DNA from: Bacteroidales bacterium
GTDB taxonomy: Bacteria > Bacteroidota > Bacteroidia > Bacteroidales > UBA12077
Assembly (NCBI GenBank): GCA_028282585.1
Contig: JANQHR010000113.1
Span: forward strand, 1-64,000
Length of the DNA: 64,000 nt
Direction of reading: 5' to 3'
Shown: piece by piece, positions 42,728 to 51,974 of the stretch
Layout of the letters: each line of letters begins with the position of its first letter
How positions within the stretch are numbered: the stretch's first letter is position 1
Position numbers and translations under genes: made by a program
Notes under the pieces: generated by a model
Database searches by the model: none
The model's input: only the letters and a program-made list of their open reading frames with translations
What the model was told of the DNA's origin: nothing

Positions 42728-43978
42728 ATGAAAAAATTCTTTTTAATTACACTCACAACCTTTATAACATTTAATGTTTGGAGTCAGACCAACACTTTTC
42801 CAACAACAGGTAATGTTGGCATTGGAACAATAAGTCCTCTCACCAAATTACAGGTAGGACAAAATAGTTCCACGAAAACTTCAGATGAATTAATGAGGTT
42901 AAGTATGGATGTAACCGAACCAGGTATAAAAACTGCACTCCATATTGATGCAAATCTATCTTCTCCATCCTGGGACAAAGGTATAGCTATCGAATTAGGA
43001 TTGAAATCGAACCTTTATAATGAATATACAAGTAGAATAATACATTACGGAAATTCTGCAACTACCAGAGCAAGTAAATTACAATTACAAACTCATTCTG
43101 TAACAGATGGTATTTGGAATGTTGGAATATTGATCGATGATATTGGCAATGTTGGTATCGGAACAACAAGTCCAACTGAAAAACTAGAAGTTAAAGACGG
43201 AAATTTTAGACTAAGTAATTTAACAGGAGTAGCTTACGGCTCACTTGGAAAAATTGATTTCTATAATTATGCGAGTGCTGCAAGTGTTGTTTCTGCAAGA
43301 ATAGAAGGTAAACGAGATAGTTATAGTCACAAAGATGGTAGATTATCATTTTACACATCAGATAATGACGGAAATTTAAATGAACAATTAACTATTGACA
43401 GAAATGGCAAAGTAGGTATCGGAACAACTTCACCTTCTGCTGGTTTTGATGTTTTCATGTCAACAAATGACTATTGGACTGCAAAAATAAAGAATAATGG
43501 AGGTAGCTCCAAGGGACTGCTTCTTGAAGTTGGATATGGTGGGGGCCCTGTCGCAACTATAATGCAACTAAACGATGGAAGTGGAAATGTAAGAGCTGTG
43601 TTTAAAAGTAATGGAAATGTTGGTATTGGAACAACGAACCCAACGTACAAACTTGCAGTAACAGGAACTATTGGCTGCGGTGAATTAATTGTAGAAGATG
43701 TTACAGGCTGGGCTGATTTTGTTTTCGAAGACAATTACAACTTAATGAGCCTGAAAGATCTTGACAGGTACATTAAGATAAACAAACACTTACCCGAAAT
43801 TCCAACAACTGCCGAAGTAGAAGAAAACGGAATTTCCGTTGGCGAAATGAACGCCAAGTTATTACAAAAAATCGAAGAGCTTACATTGTATACTATACAA
43901 CAACAAGAAGTTATTGAAGCTTTAAAAACTGAAATGGAAGTTCAAAATAAAAGAATTGAACAATTAGAAAATAAGTAA
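42728..43978 (+). CDS. Secreted GIGT-repeat fibre-like protein, paralog of 41348-42613
   Basis: Same repeats and near-identical C-terminal domain; different inter-repeat modules. Confidence 0.75.
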   Translation: MKKFFLITLTTFITFNVWSQTNTFPTTGNVGIGTISPLTKLQVGQNSSTKTSDELMRLSMDVTEPGIKTALHIDANLSSPSWDKGIAIELGLKSNLYNEYTSRIIHYGNSATTRASKLQLQTHSVTDGIWNVGILIDDIGNVGIGTTSPTEKLEVKDGNFRLSNLTGVAYGSLGKIDFYNYASAASVVSARIEGKRDSYSHKDGRLSFYTSDNDGNLNEQLTIDRNGKVGIGTTSPSAGFDVFMSTNDYWTAKIKNNGGSSKGLLLEVGYGGGPVATIMQLNDGSGNVRAVFKSNGNVGIGTTNPTYKLAVTGTIGCGELIVEDVTGWADFVFEDNYNLMSLKDLDRYIKINKHLPEIPTTAEVEENGISVGEMNAKLLQKIEELTLYTIQQQEVIEALKTEMEVQNKRIEQLENK

Positions 43979-43980
43979 TT

Positions 43981-46900
43981 ATGGCATATTTAAAACAATT
44001 TAAGAAATTTGGACTGATCTTAATAATCGGTTTAATATACTTAAGTTCCTATGCACAAGATTGTGTAGTAACATTTGAAACTCCTGGACCTATTCACGTA
44101 AATAATACCGCAGGGAGTGTTGAAATTGTAGTAAATAGTACCAGTATGGAATGTCCGTGGGGTGTAAGTGATGATGCAACTTGGGTAACAACTACATATG
44201 AACATAATGGAACAGAAGGTATAATTGTTACTGCAACATATCAGGAAAACCCTACAGAGTCTCAGAGAGTGGCTAATGTTTGTGTCTACGATAAATGCAT
44301 AGAATTGAAACAAGCACCTGCCTGTAGCGATGAACCTGTTATATCTTTAGTTTACACCAATCCAATTGATGCAATGGATTGTAACCTTAAAAATGGAGTT
44401 ATTGAAACTAGGGATTATGTAAAGCTTAATAGTAATTTTTCACACTCATGTGCAGGAGGCCCTGGAGGCCCTATACCGATAGGCGCTACATTACCTACTT
44501 CAACTGCTTATAGAGGTGAATTAAGAATTACAACAAACCCTGATTTAATTTGTAACTCCGAATATTTGTACGTGCCAAAAGATGGTAACGACCGGCCATT
44601 AGATAAAACTGATGCAGCTGTAGGTAGTACCGCTGGAACAGCCGGAGTTTCTCCTAACGGAGCAGCTACATACAATTTACCAATACGAATTCCTCCGGGG
44701 ATAAATGGAATGCAGCCTGCTGTTAGTATAACTTACAATAGTCAGGCCGGCCGCAGTGTTATTGGTAAGGGTTTTAATATTGCAGGACTTTCAAGTATTA
44801 CTAGAACAACACAGAATCTTTATTACGATGAAACTGTTTATTGGTTAAGTTTGGATGGAGATGATAGATATGTTATGAATGGTAATAGATTACTTCATGT
44901 AAATAAGGAATACGGAGATATTGATTCAGAATATAGAACTGAACAAAATAGCTTTGCTCGTATTTTTCAAAGAAATTCAGGCGCAAATCAATATTTTGAA
45001 GTTGAAACAAAGGATGGTAAGACTTTAGAATTTGGTAATACATCAAATTCTAAATATATAATACCCGGCACCGCCAATCCTTTTTCATGGTATTTAAATA
45101 AAGTTACTGACAATAATGGGAACTTTATAGAATATAATTATCAACAAATTGAAGGTGAAATACTATTGAAAAGTATAGAATATACTGGAAACGGAAGTTT
45201 CGATCCATTAAATTCTATTACATTTTACTATGATAAAAGAGATGATAAGAAAGAATACTTTGTAGTTGGGAAAGAAATTAAACAACAACATATCCTAAGA
45301 AAGATTTTAGTAAGAACTAGTGATAAAGTAACTAGAAAATATGAATTCAATTATTTTCAAGATGTAAATGACGAGAGTTGCCTAAATGAAATTGTTGAAA
45401 GTAACGGAGCAGGAGAGCAATTTAACTCAACCATTTTTAATTGGGGGCAATTAAATCGTTTTAACAATACTGTTAATACATCATACGTAAAACCTTTAAG
45501 TATAAGACACCCATGGGAACAAAGCTATACTTCGTGTGATCTAAATCAGGATGGTTTAACAGATTTAATAGGATTTTTTCCTTATGAAATTAGAGTTCCG
45601 GATGACAGTGATGATGGTTATAATGTAATTTCTCATGATAATGATTATGTTCAAACATATTTAGCTAAACCAAACGAGGATGGAAGCATTTCTTTTGAAT
45701 CTTTTGGATTTAGTAGTTTATTGCCGCCATCTGTAGTTTCTCGTTCTTTCGCTCAAATAAATACTCGTCCTATGGTTGGGGACATATGGGGTGAAGGAAA
45801 GGTTGATATTATTTTTCCAATGTATGAGGATTTATTTAATACAAAAATAGGATTCAATTTTATTAATAGAACTATATCAGGAAACATTCCTGGATATGGA
45901 GTGGAAGTAGAACCGGAAGAATTTCCATTGTATACGGTAGATGATATTGAAAATAACGGTAGAGATAATATTATTGTTTTAGATAAAGTGTCTCATAAAT
46001 TAACTATTGTTGAATCAGAAAATGATTTTCAAGACCAGTTGTTTAATGAGATAAGTGTTACACTTGCACTCAGTAGTGATCCAGAAGCTCTATTTACTGG
46101 TGATTATAATAACGATGGATTTAAAGATATCAGAATAGTAACTGAAACAGAAATTTTAACGTTAGATCTTACGGAAGATTTAACAGCAAATCCAACAAAA
46201 TCTGTATCTTATCAAAATATTCACCATCGTTTTTCCAGACAGGGAGATTTTAATGGCGATGGTTTATTAGATATTTTAATTATAGGTAATCAATACGAAT
46301 CGAGTATAGTTGCGTATAGTATTGGTTCATTATCTTTGGATATTAAAACTCTCACATCTATAAAAGGTATAAACGATACATATACTTCTAAAGATAATGA
46401 TGAAGATAATATTATTGTTACTGATTTTAATTATGATGGAAAAACAGATTTTATATTATTTGATTCAAGATATACTGCCTTTGATCATGATTTTGATGAA
46501 TTTGAAATAAAATGGTATGTCTCTGATGGTGATGGATTTCATGCTGTAGAGCAAACTAAAACAACAAACAAAGACCACACTAATAGAGATTTATATGTAA
46601 CAGGAGACTTTAATGGTGATGGTCGTTTAGATTTCTTGAATTATGGCTATGAATGTTACAATGGAACTAGTTATACAGATGGTTGGCGTTCATATAGTGA
46701 TTTTAATGATAATTTCGAAGCAAATCGTGTAAAGTCAATACATAATGGTTTTAACCACAAAACTGAATTTAAATACCGTCCGTTAAGTCACGATATATAC
46801 GATGGAGAATCCATATTCTACAAAAAAGGATCTTCAAGTATAGATAATGTAATTCATCTCCAGTTTCCATTATACATGGTTGAGACTATGACAGAACCAG

Positions 46901-49900
46901 ATGGTAAAGGTGGATTTATTAATACAAGTTATACTTATGAAGGTTTTCGAGCTCATAACCAGGGAAAGGGCATATTAGGGTTCGAAAAAGTTACTGCGTA
47001 TAACGACAAAACTAAATTTAAAACAATATCTTCAAATGCAATAGATCCAACGTTTTTTGTACTTAGTAACCAAACAAGTAAAATATATTATAACGAAACC
47101 ACATTAGTATCCGAAAATACAACTAATTTCGGTTATGAAACATTTACTGAAAACCCCAAACTCATTTTTAATCATCCAACTACTGTTGTAAATGAAAATA
47201 AATTAACCGGTGTAAAAATTACAAAGAATAACTTTACTTACGATACGTTTGGTAATCTTTCATCTCTTAATGAAATATATAAGGAAAGTGACGATGTTGT
47301 TGATGTAACCATAAATACTTCAAATTCTTATTTAAATATTGATGACGGTGTAAATTATTATTCAAGATTAACCTCCACAACTGTTACTAAATCCAATTTA
47401 GTTGATTCAGATGACATCAAAACTTCAACATACTCATATTATACTGATGGTAACCTGGAAACAAGTAATTCTTTGGGAGTAACGGTTACCAACAATTTAT
47501 ATGATCAGTTTGGAAATGTAACTAAACAAACAACAAGTGGTACGGGAGTTGAAAATCATGTAGTTACCTATACTTATGATGCCACAAACAGGTTTGTTAA
47601 AACAACAACCAACGAAGAGTTGAGTCAAACAAGCACAGCAGAATATAACAACCTGGGGCAATTAATTTCAGAAACCGGTGTTGATGGCTTAGCTACCAAA
47701 TATGCTTACGATAACTGGGGTAAACTAAAAACAGTTACCAATCCTAACGGGAAAAAATCGAATTACAGTACTGACTGGGATCAGATTGATGGATTTAATT
47801 TCTATACTTTGGAACAAACGGATGGAGTACCCGACGTTAAAACTTATTTCGACAATTATGGTAGAAAAGTAAGAACAGAAACAACTTCGTTTGGAGGATT
47901 AATGTACTCAGATATTGAATACAACAATAAGGGGCAAGTTGCTAAAACAATTTCGCCTTATTTCCAAGCTTCGGGTTACTCGACCATACATATCACAACA
48001 TATAATTATGACGAATATGGCCGTGAATATAGTGTTACAAAAAATAATCTAACAAAATTAACTAACTACACTTTTGGGAGCAACGATGTTGAAGAAGTAT
48101 TCCCTTCTGGAAAAACAAAAAAGAGCTACTTAGATGCTACAGGGAAAACCTTCCAAATTACTAATGCGGGTGTTGACATGTCCTATCATTATTGGAGTGA
48201 TGGACAGCTTAAAGATGCTTCTGTAACAGGTTCCGGGTCACAAATCGATTTAACTTACGATAATTATGGAAACCGTCAATCTTTAATCGATCCCGATGCT
48301 GGTAATTATGGTTTTACTCACGATGTTTATGGGCGTCTAATAAATAAGACCAGTCCAATTGGAATTTATTCTGCAACATTTGATACAAAAGGTAGATTAC
48401 AAAGCGAAACGGAAGGTGGTAATAACATAACTTATACTTATGTAGAAAATGGTAATGGAATAAATCAGGTTAAAGCCATTTCCGATAATGGTGTTGAGTT
48501 CCAAAGTTTTGAATACGACGAATACGACCGAATAAAGAAGCTTACCGAGCAGGTTGGTGATATTTCTATGGAAGCAAGTTATCAATATGATGAATATGGT
48601 AGAGAATCTGCAATTAATTACCCTCAAGGGTTTGGAATTAAATATTCTTATAATCCTGGTACGGGTGAGCTTATTGGAATAACAACAAACACTGATTTAC
48701 CTATTTGGAACTTAGTTGATATAAATGAACACGGGCAAATTACCAAATATAACTCTGGAAATGGCTTGCAAACTGAATTGATTTACGATGCAAATAATTT
48801 CTTAAGTAGAATTAAAACCGGAACAGTTCAGGATTTAACTTATGTTTTCGATCACAATTCGGTTGTATTGCAAGAGAGAACTGGTTTGATAGAAGGAATG
48901 ACTGAGTACTTTGATTATGATAACCTAAATCAGTTGAAAAATGTTACAGCCAACAGTAAACCGCAACTAAACCTTACAATGACATATGATGAAAACGTTG
49001 CCGGTAGGATGGAATCAAAATCTGATATTGGAGTATTTTCATATACAAGTCCGCGTCCGCATGCTATAACTGGTATCGATATCTCAAATACTAGTTATAA
49101 TCCGGTTACCACTGATACAATTATCTATACTTTATATGGTAAAGTTTCCCGGATTGAACAGGGACAGTTTGATTATGATTTCACTTATGGTCCAGACCAT
49201 CAGCGTAAAATGATGGAAGTATACCAAAACGAAACGTTAATACGCAAAGTATATTACTTTGGGAATTACGAACGCCACGAAGAAGTAAGTGGTACAACAC
49301 ATCTGTTTTATATATATTCGCCAACTGGTTTAACAGCTATTTATAAATTAGCAGATGGGGCGAGTACAGGTGATTTGTATTATATACACAAAGATCATTT
49401 AGGTTCAATACAGATTGTAACCAATCAAAATAAAGCTGTATTAGCTCGATATTATTACAATGCATGGGGTTTAAAAAGTAATTTGGATGTTGCTACGGGT
49501 ACGTTGATTCAAGCAAACGATGATTTACCGTGGTTACATCGTGGATATACTGGGCACGAGCATTTATCCGAAATTGATCTGATTAACATGAATGGTCGAA
49601 TGTACGATGCAGATTTAGGTATGTTCATTAGTCCTGATCCACATGTACAGTCACCTGATCATCCGGTTAATTTTAATAGATATGCATATGTTTTAAATAA
49701 TCCATTAATTTATACAGATCCGAGTGGTGAGTTCTGGAATCTTGTTATCGGAGCTGTAATTGGAGGAGTTGTTAACTGGGCAACAAATGGGGCAGATTTT
49801 ACTTGGGAAGGACTTGGATATTTTGCGGTTGGCGCGGTTGCAGGTGCTGCAGGTGCAGGTATAGGTAGTGGAGTAAGTTCAGCACTTGCTGGAGGAAGTT

Positions 49901-50631
49901 TTAGTTCTGGTTTTGTAAGTTCTGCTGCGGCCCAAACAGCAACAACAGGTTTTACTTCTGGCGCTGCAATAGGTGGTTCTTCAGGTTTTGCAGGTGGATT
50001 TATAACCGGAGCAGGTAATGCATGGCTTGGAGGAGATTCTTTTGGTGAAGGTTTATGGGAAGGAACAAAAATGGGATTAATTTCTGGCATTTCAGGAGCT
50101 ACATTAGGGGGTGTTGCTAGCGGATTAATAGCAACAAATAATGGTATGGATTTCTGGGATGGCGATATAACTTTAGAAGAAAGAATTAAAATAATTGAAA
50201 GCAATATTTCTGAAAGTGATAGACAATTAGGTAGTATTAAATCTGTTAAAATTGGCAAAAGAATGGGGAAAGCAGAAGGAACTACATACAGAGGAGTAAG
50301 AAACTATGCAAAAGATGGAACAGTTTATTATACAGATAATACTATTGAATTAAAAAAATCTACTGTTAGAAGAATATGGAAAGGAGATGTAAGAGGGATG
50401 GAAATTTTGAAACACGAAATATTTCATTCTAAAGATTGGGCTTCAGGTTATCATCATAAAATATATAATGGAATTGGTTATGAAAATAATCAACTTGTCA
50501 AATGTAATATGGAATTCAGAGCTTTCTATTATAATTATAAAAACTCTGGACTAGGTATATTTAAAACTTCGTATCAAAAATGGTACAATGAATATTTTAG
50601 AATTTTATCAGAATTAAATATAACCCACTAA
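43981..50631 (+). CDS. Rhs/YD-repeat polymorphic toxin: signal peptide, BACON-like, SpvB, FG-GAP, TcdB-midN-like, Rhs core, Gly-rich segment, HExxH domain
   Basis: 'GAATYNLPIRIPPGINGMQP', GDFNGDG repeats, 'GKGILGF', YD repeats, 'RGYTGHEHL...NMNGRMYD...NRYAYVLNNPLIYTDPSG', 'HEIFH'. Confidence 0.9.
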   Translation: MAYLKQFKKFGLILIIGLIYLSSYAQDCVVTFETPGPIHVNNTAGSVEIVVNSTSMECPWGVSDDATWVTTTYEHNGTEGIIVTATYQENPTESQRVANVCVYDKCIELKQAPACSDEPVISLVYTNPIDAMDCNLKNGVIETRDYVKLNSNFSHSCAGGPGGPIPIGATLPTSTAYRGELRITTNPDLICNSEYLYVPKDGNDRPLDKTDAAVGSTAGTAGVSPNGAATYNLPIRIPPGINGMQPAVSITYNSQAGRSVIGKGFNIAGLSSITRTTQNLYYDETVYWLSLDGDDRYVMNGNRLLHVNKEYGDIDSEYRTEQNSFARIFQRNSGANQYFEVETKDGKTLEFGNTSNSKYIIPGTANPFSWYLNKVTDNNGNFIEYNYQQIEGEILLKSIEYTGNGSFDPLNSITFYYDKRDDKKEYFVVGKEIKQQHILRKILVRTSDKVTRKYEFNYFQDVNDESCLNEIVESNGAGEQFNSTIFNWGQLNRFNNTVNTSYVKPLSIRHPWEQSYTSCDLNQDGLTDLIGFFPYEIRVPDDSDDGYNVISHDNDYVQTYLAKPNEDGSISFESFGFSSLLPPSVVSRSFAQINTRPMVGDIWGEGKVDIIFPMYEDLFNTKIGFNFINRTISGNIPGYGVEVEPEEFPLYTVDDIENNGRDNIIVLDKVSHKLTIVESENDFQDQLFNEISVTLALSSDPEALFTGDYNNDGFKDIRIVTETEILTLDLTEDLTANPTKSVSYQNIHHRFSRQGDFNGDGLLDILIIGNQYESSIVAYSIGSLSLDIKTLTSIKGINDTYTSKDNDEDNIIVTDFNYDGKTDFILFDSRYTAFDHDFDEFEIKWYVSDGDGFHAVEQTKTTNKDHTNRDLYVTGDFNGDGRLDFLNYGYECYNGTSYTDGWRSYSDFNDNFEANRVKSIHNGFNHKTEFKYRPLSHDIYDGESIFYKKGSSSIDNVIHLQFPLYMVETMTEPDGKGGFINTSYTYEGFRAHNQGKGILGFEKVTAYNDKTKFKTISSNAIDPTFFVLSNQTSKIYYNETTLVSENTTNFGYETFTENPKLIFNHPTTVVNENKLTGVKITKNNFTYDTFGNLSSLNEIYKESDDVVDVTINTSNSYLNIDDGVNYYSRLTSTTVTKSNLVDSDDIKTSTYSYYTDGNLETSNSLGVTVTNNLYDQFGNVTKQTTSGTGVENHVVTYTYDATNRFVKTTTNEELSQTSTAEYNNLGQLISETGVDGLATKYAYDNWGKLKTVTNPNGKKSNYSTDWDQIDGFNFYTLEQTDGVPDVKTYFDNYGRKVRTETTSFGGLMYSDIEYNNKGQVAKTISPYFQASGYSTIHITTYNYDEYGREYSVTKNNLTKLTNYTFGSNDVEEVFPSGKTKKSYLDATGKTFQITNAGVDMSYHYWSDGQLKDASVTGSGSQIDLTYDNYGNRQSLIDPDAGNYGFTHDVYGRLINKTSPIGIYSATFDTKGRLQSETEGGNNITYTYVENGNGINQVKAISDNGVEFQSFEYDEYDRIKKLTEQVGDISMEASYQYDEYGRESAINYPQGFGIKYSYNPGTGELIGITTNTDLPIWNLVDINEHGQITKYNSGNGLQTELIYDANNFLSRIKTGTVQDLTYVFDHNSVVLQERTGLIEGMTEYFDYDNLNQLKNVTANSKPQLNLTMTYDENVAGRMESKSDIGVFSYTSPRPHAITGIDISNTSYNPVTTDTIIYTLYGKVSRIEQGQFDYDFTYGPDHQRKMMEVYQNETLIRKVYYFGNYERHEEVSGTTHLFYIYSPTGLTAIYKLADGASTGDLYYIHKDHLGSIQIVTNQNKAVLARYYYNAWGLKSNLDVATGTLIQANDDLPWLHRGYTGHEHLSEIDLINMNGRMYDADLGMFISPDPHVQSPDHPVNFNRYAYVLNNPLIYTDPSGEFWNLVIGAVIGGVVNWATNGADFTWEGLGYFAVGAVAGAAGAGIGSGVSSALAGGSFSSGFVSSAAAQTATTGFTSGAAIGGSSGFAGGFITGAGNAWLGGDSFGEGLWEGTKMGLISGISGATLGGVASGLIATNNGMDFWDGDITLEERIKIIESNISESDRQLGSIKSVKIGKRMGKAEGTTYRGVRNYAKDGTVYYTDNTIELKKSTVRRIWKGDVRGMEILKHEIFHSKDWASGYHHKIYNGIGYENNQLVKCNMEFRAFYYNYKNSGLGIFKTSYQKWYNEYFRILSELNITH

Positions 50632-50659
50632 ATTACAATGAATTGTAATTAGTCATCCC

Positions 50660-50688
50660 GCTCCCGCGGACTTGCAGTCCGCGCGAGT
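50660..50688 (+). repeat. GC-rich REP-like hairpin
   Basis: GCTCCCGCGGACT-TGC-AGTCCGCGCGAGT; 21/26 identical to 51408-51433. Confidence 0.7.
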
Positions 50689-50758
50689 AATGAAAACGAA
50701 AAGGAACGGATGGTATATCCGTACCAACTTTAAAAGTAAAAACATAAAAAATAAAAAT

Positions 50759-51223
50759 ATGAAACTAAAAATTATAATAATCGGCTTATTGGCAATGGCA
50801 AGTATAAACTGCCTTGCACAAAGCATTGAGTATACCTACGATGCTGCTGGTAACCGCTCAAGTCGTAAGGTTATTCCTGCAGGTCCGCCAAGTGCACCAG
50901 CACAAGAACAAACAAACGAACCTTTCAACAATAACAACGAAGAAAAACAAGAACTGGAAGTTTACAACGATATTGTTGCCGAAACTGAGTTAAAAATTTA
51001 CCCAAACCCAACACGTGGGAAACTAAAAATAGATATTGTAAATTATGAGACCAATACAAATGGTAATGTAAAGGTTTTCGATTTAGGTGGACGTTTGGTT
51101 TACACAATTAACAACCTAAGCCAAAGCATGGAAATTGATATTACCAACGAGCCGGCAGGATCGTATATTATGGTAATAGTAGTAAACAACCAAAAATCGG
51201 AATGGAAAATTATTAAGCAATAG
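50759..51223 (+). CDS. Small secreted protein with a single YD repeat and a T9SS type A C-terminal sorting domain
   Basis: Signal peptide from ATG 50759; 'IEYTYDAAGNRSSR'; CTD 'KIYPNPT...VFDLGGR...PAGSYIM...KIIKQ'. Confidence 0.88.
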   Translation: MKLKIIIIGLLAMASINCLAQSIEYTYDAAGNRSSRKVIPAGPPSAPAQEQTNEPFNNNNEEKQELEVYNDIVAETELKIYPNPTRGKLKIDIVNYETNTNGNVKVFDLGGRLVYTINNLSQSMEIDITNEPAGSYIMVIVVNNQKSEWKIIKQ

Positions 51224-51261
51224 CTTTCTAATTTGAACCTTTAATAAATTTGGTGTTCATA

Positions 51262-51309
51262 CTTCGACAGGCTCAGTATGACAATCTTGTCACCCTGAGC
51301 TTGTCGAAG
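51262..51309. repeat. REP-like inverted doublet with both arms empty
   Basis: CTTCGACAGGCTCAGTATGACA-ATCT-TGTCACCCTGAGCTTGTCGAAG. Confidence 0.85.
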
Positions 51310-51387
51310 GGTGTAAATATTTAGAAGATATTTAAGAGTTATCAAATAGTTTCAAATTAGTGTTTGAAAATTGAAAATTACAAATTA

Positions 51388-51433
51388 GCAGCGTATCGCG
51401 CTGCCCAGCTCGCGCGGATTTGTAATCCGGGCG
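51388..51433 (+). repeat. Short palindrome plus REP-like hairpin
   Basis: GCAGCG-TATCG-CGCTGC at 51388-51404; GCTCGCGCGGATTTGTAATCCGGGCG at 51408-51433. Confidence 0.65.
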
Positions 51434-51663
51434 TTTTATGTAAAAATGAGATTTGTATAATACTAAATCAAAGTATTTTTCATCTTTATGCAGCTTTTCT
51501 ATTTTCTTTATATTTCATTATTTTTTATTGTCTTATAATCAAAATAATACGATAAAAAATGTAAAAATTAACCTATCCTTATCACCCTTTTTTATTTTTC
51601 ATGCGTTTTATCATATAGAAGTGTAAAGGAGGAGTATCAAAAATGAAAAATTCAATAAATAGC

Positions 51664-51695
51664 TTGCATTTATCAGATTTTTGTCTCTATCTTTG
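51664..51695 (+). promoter_or_regulatory. Bacteroidota sigmaA promoter of the met leader
   Basis: TTG at 51664 and TATCTTTG at 51688-51695. Confidence 0.65.
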
Positions 51696-51733
51696 TATAA
51701 AGATTTCAAACATCCTTCACAAAGGGCGTTTGA

Positions 51734-51848
51734 TTTATAAAGAAGAGGGGAGAGATTAGGCTCTGAGAACCTCTGGCAACCAGCTCAAAAAGAGTGTTGG
51801 TGCCAATACCTAGCCCAAATCTGCCAGCTGGCGGAGGGAAATTATAAA
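51734..51848 (+). ncRNA. SAM-I (S-box) family riboswitch
   Basis: P1 TTTATA/TATAAA, P2 AGAGG/CCTCT with kink-turn GA...TGA, loop TAGG pairing with CCTA, P3 GGCAACC...GGTGCC, P4 CCC/GGG; upstream of metY. Confidence 0.85.
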
Positions 51849-51863
51849 CTAAACGCAAAAATC

Positions 51864-51974
51864 ATGTTTAAAGATTTTTTTTGTAAAAGTTATTCCGTAT
51901 TGGGTTTTGTAATTGTCAATCGCTTTTGGTTCAACAATTTTACAATGCCGCTTTTGCCTATGTGCATGCGCTAG
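51864..51974 (+). CDS. Putative 36-aa leader peptide MFKDFFCKSYSVLGFVIVNRFWFNNFTMPLLPMCMR
   Basis: ATG after an A-rich leader 15 nt downstream of riboswitch P1; Met/Cys cluster before the stop; below ORF-track size. Confidence 0.5.
   Translation: MFKDFFCKSYSVLGFVIVNRFWFNNFTMPLLPMCMR

Noticed and set aside
42248-43906. Diversity-generating retroelement TR/VR pair in the similar fibre C-termini (four-helix proteins resemble Avd)
   Set aside because: Differences include many C/T third-position changes rather than adenine-specific ones, both copies are coding, and no reverse transcriptase is present
49710-50258. 182-aa Pro/Ala-rich minus-strand ORF as an immunity gene
   Set aside because: Antisense shadow of the Gly-rich codons in the Rhs payload
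51364-51555. 63-aa ORF after the CTD gene
   Set aside because: TTG start, reads through REP hairpins and low-complexity T-rich DNA
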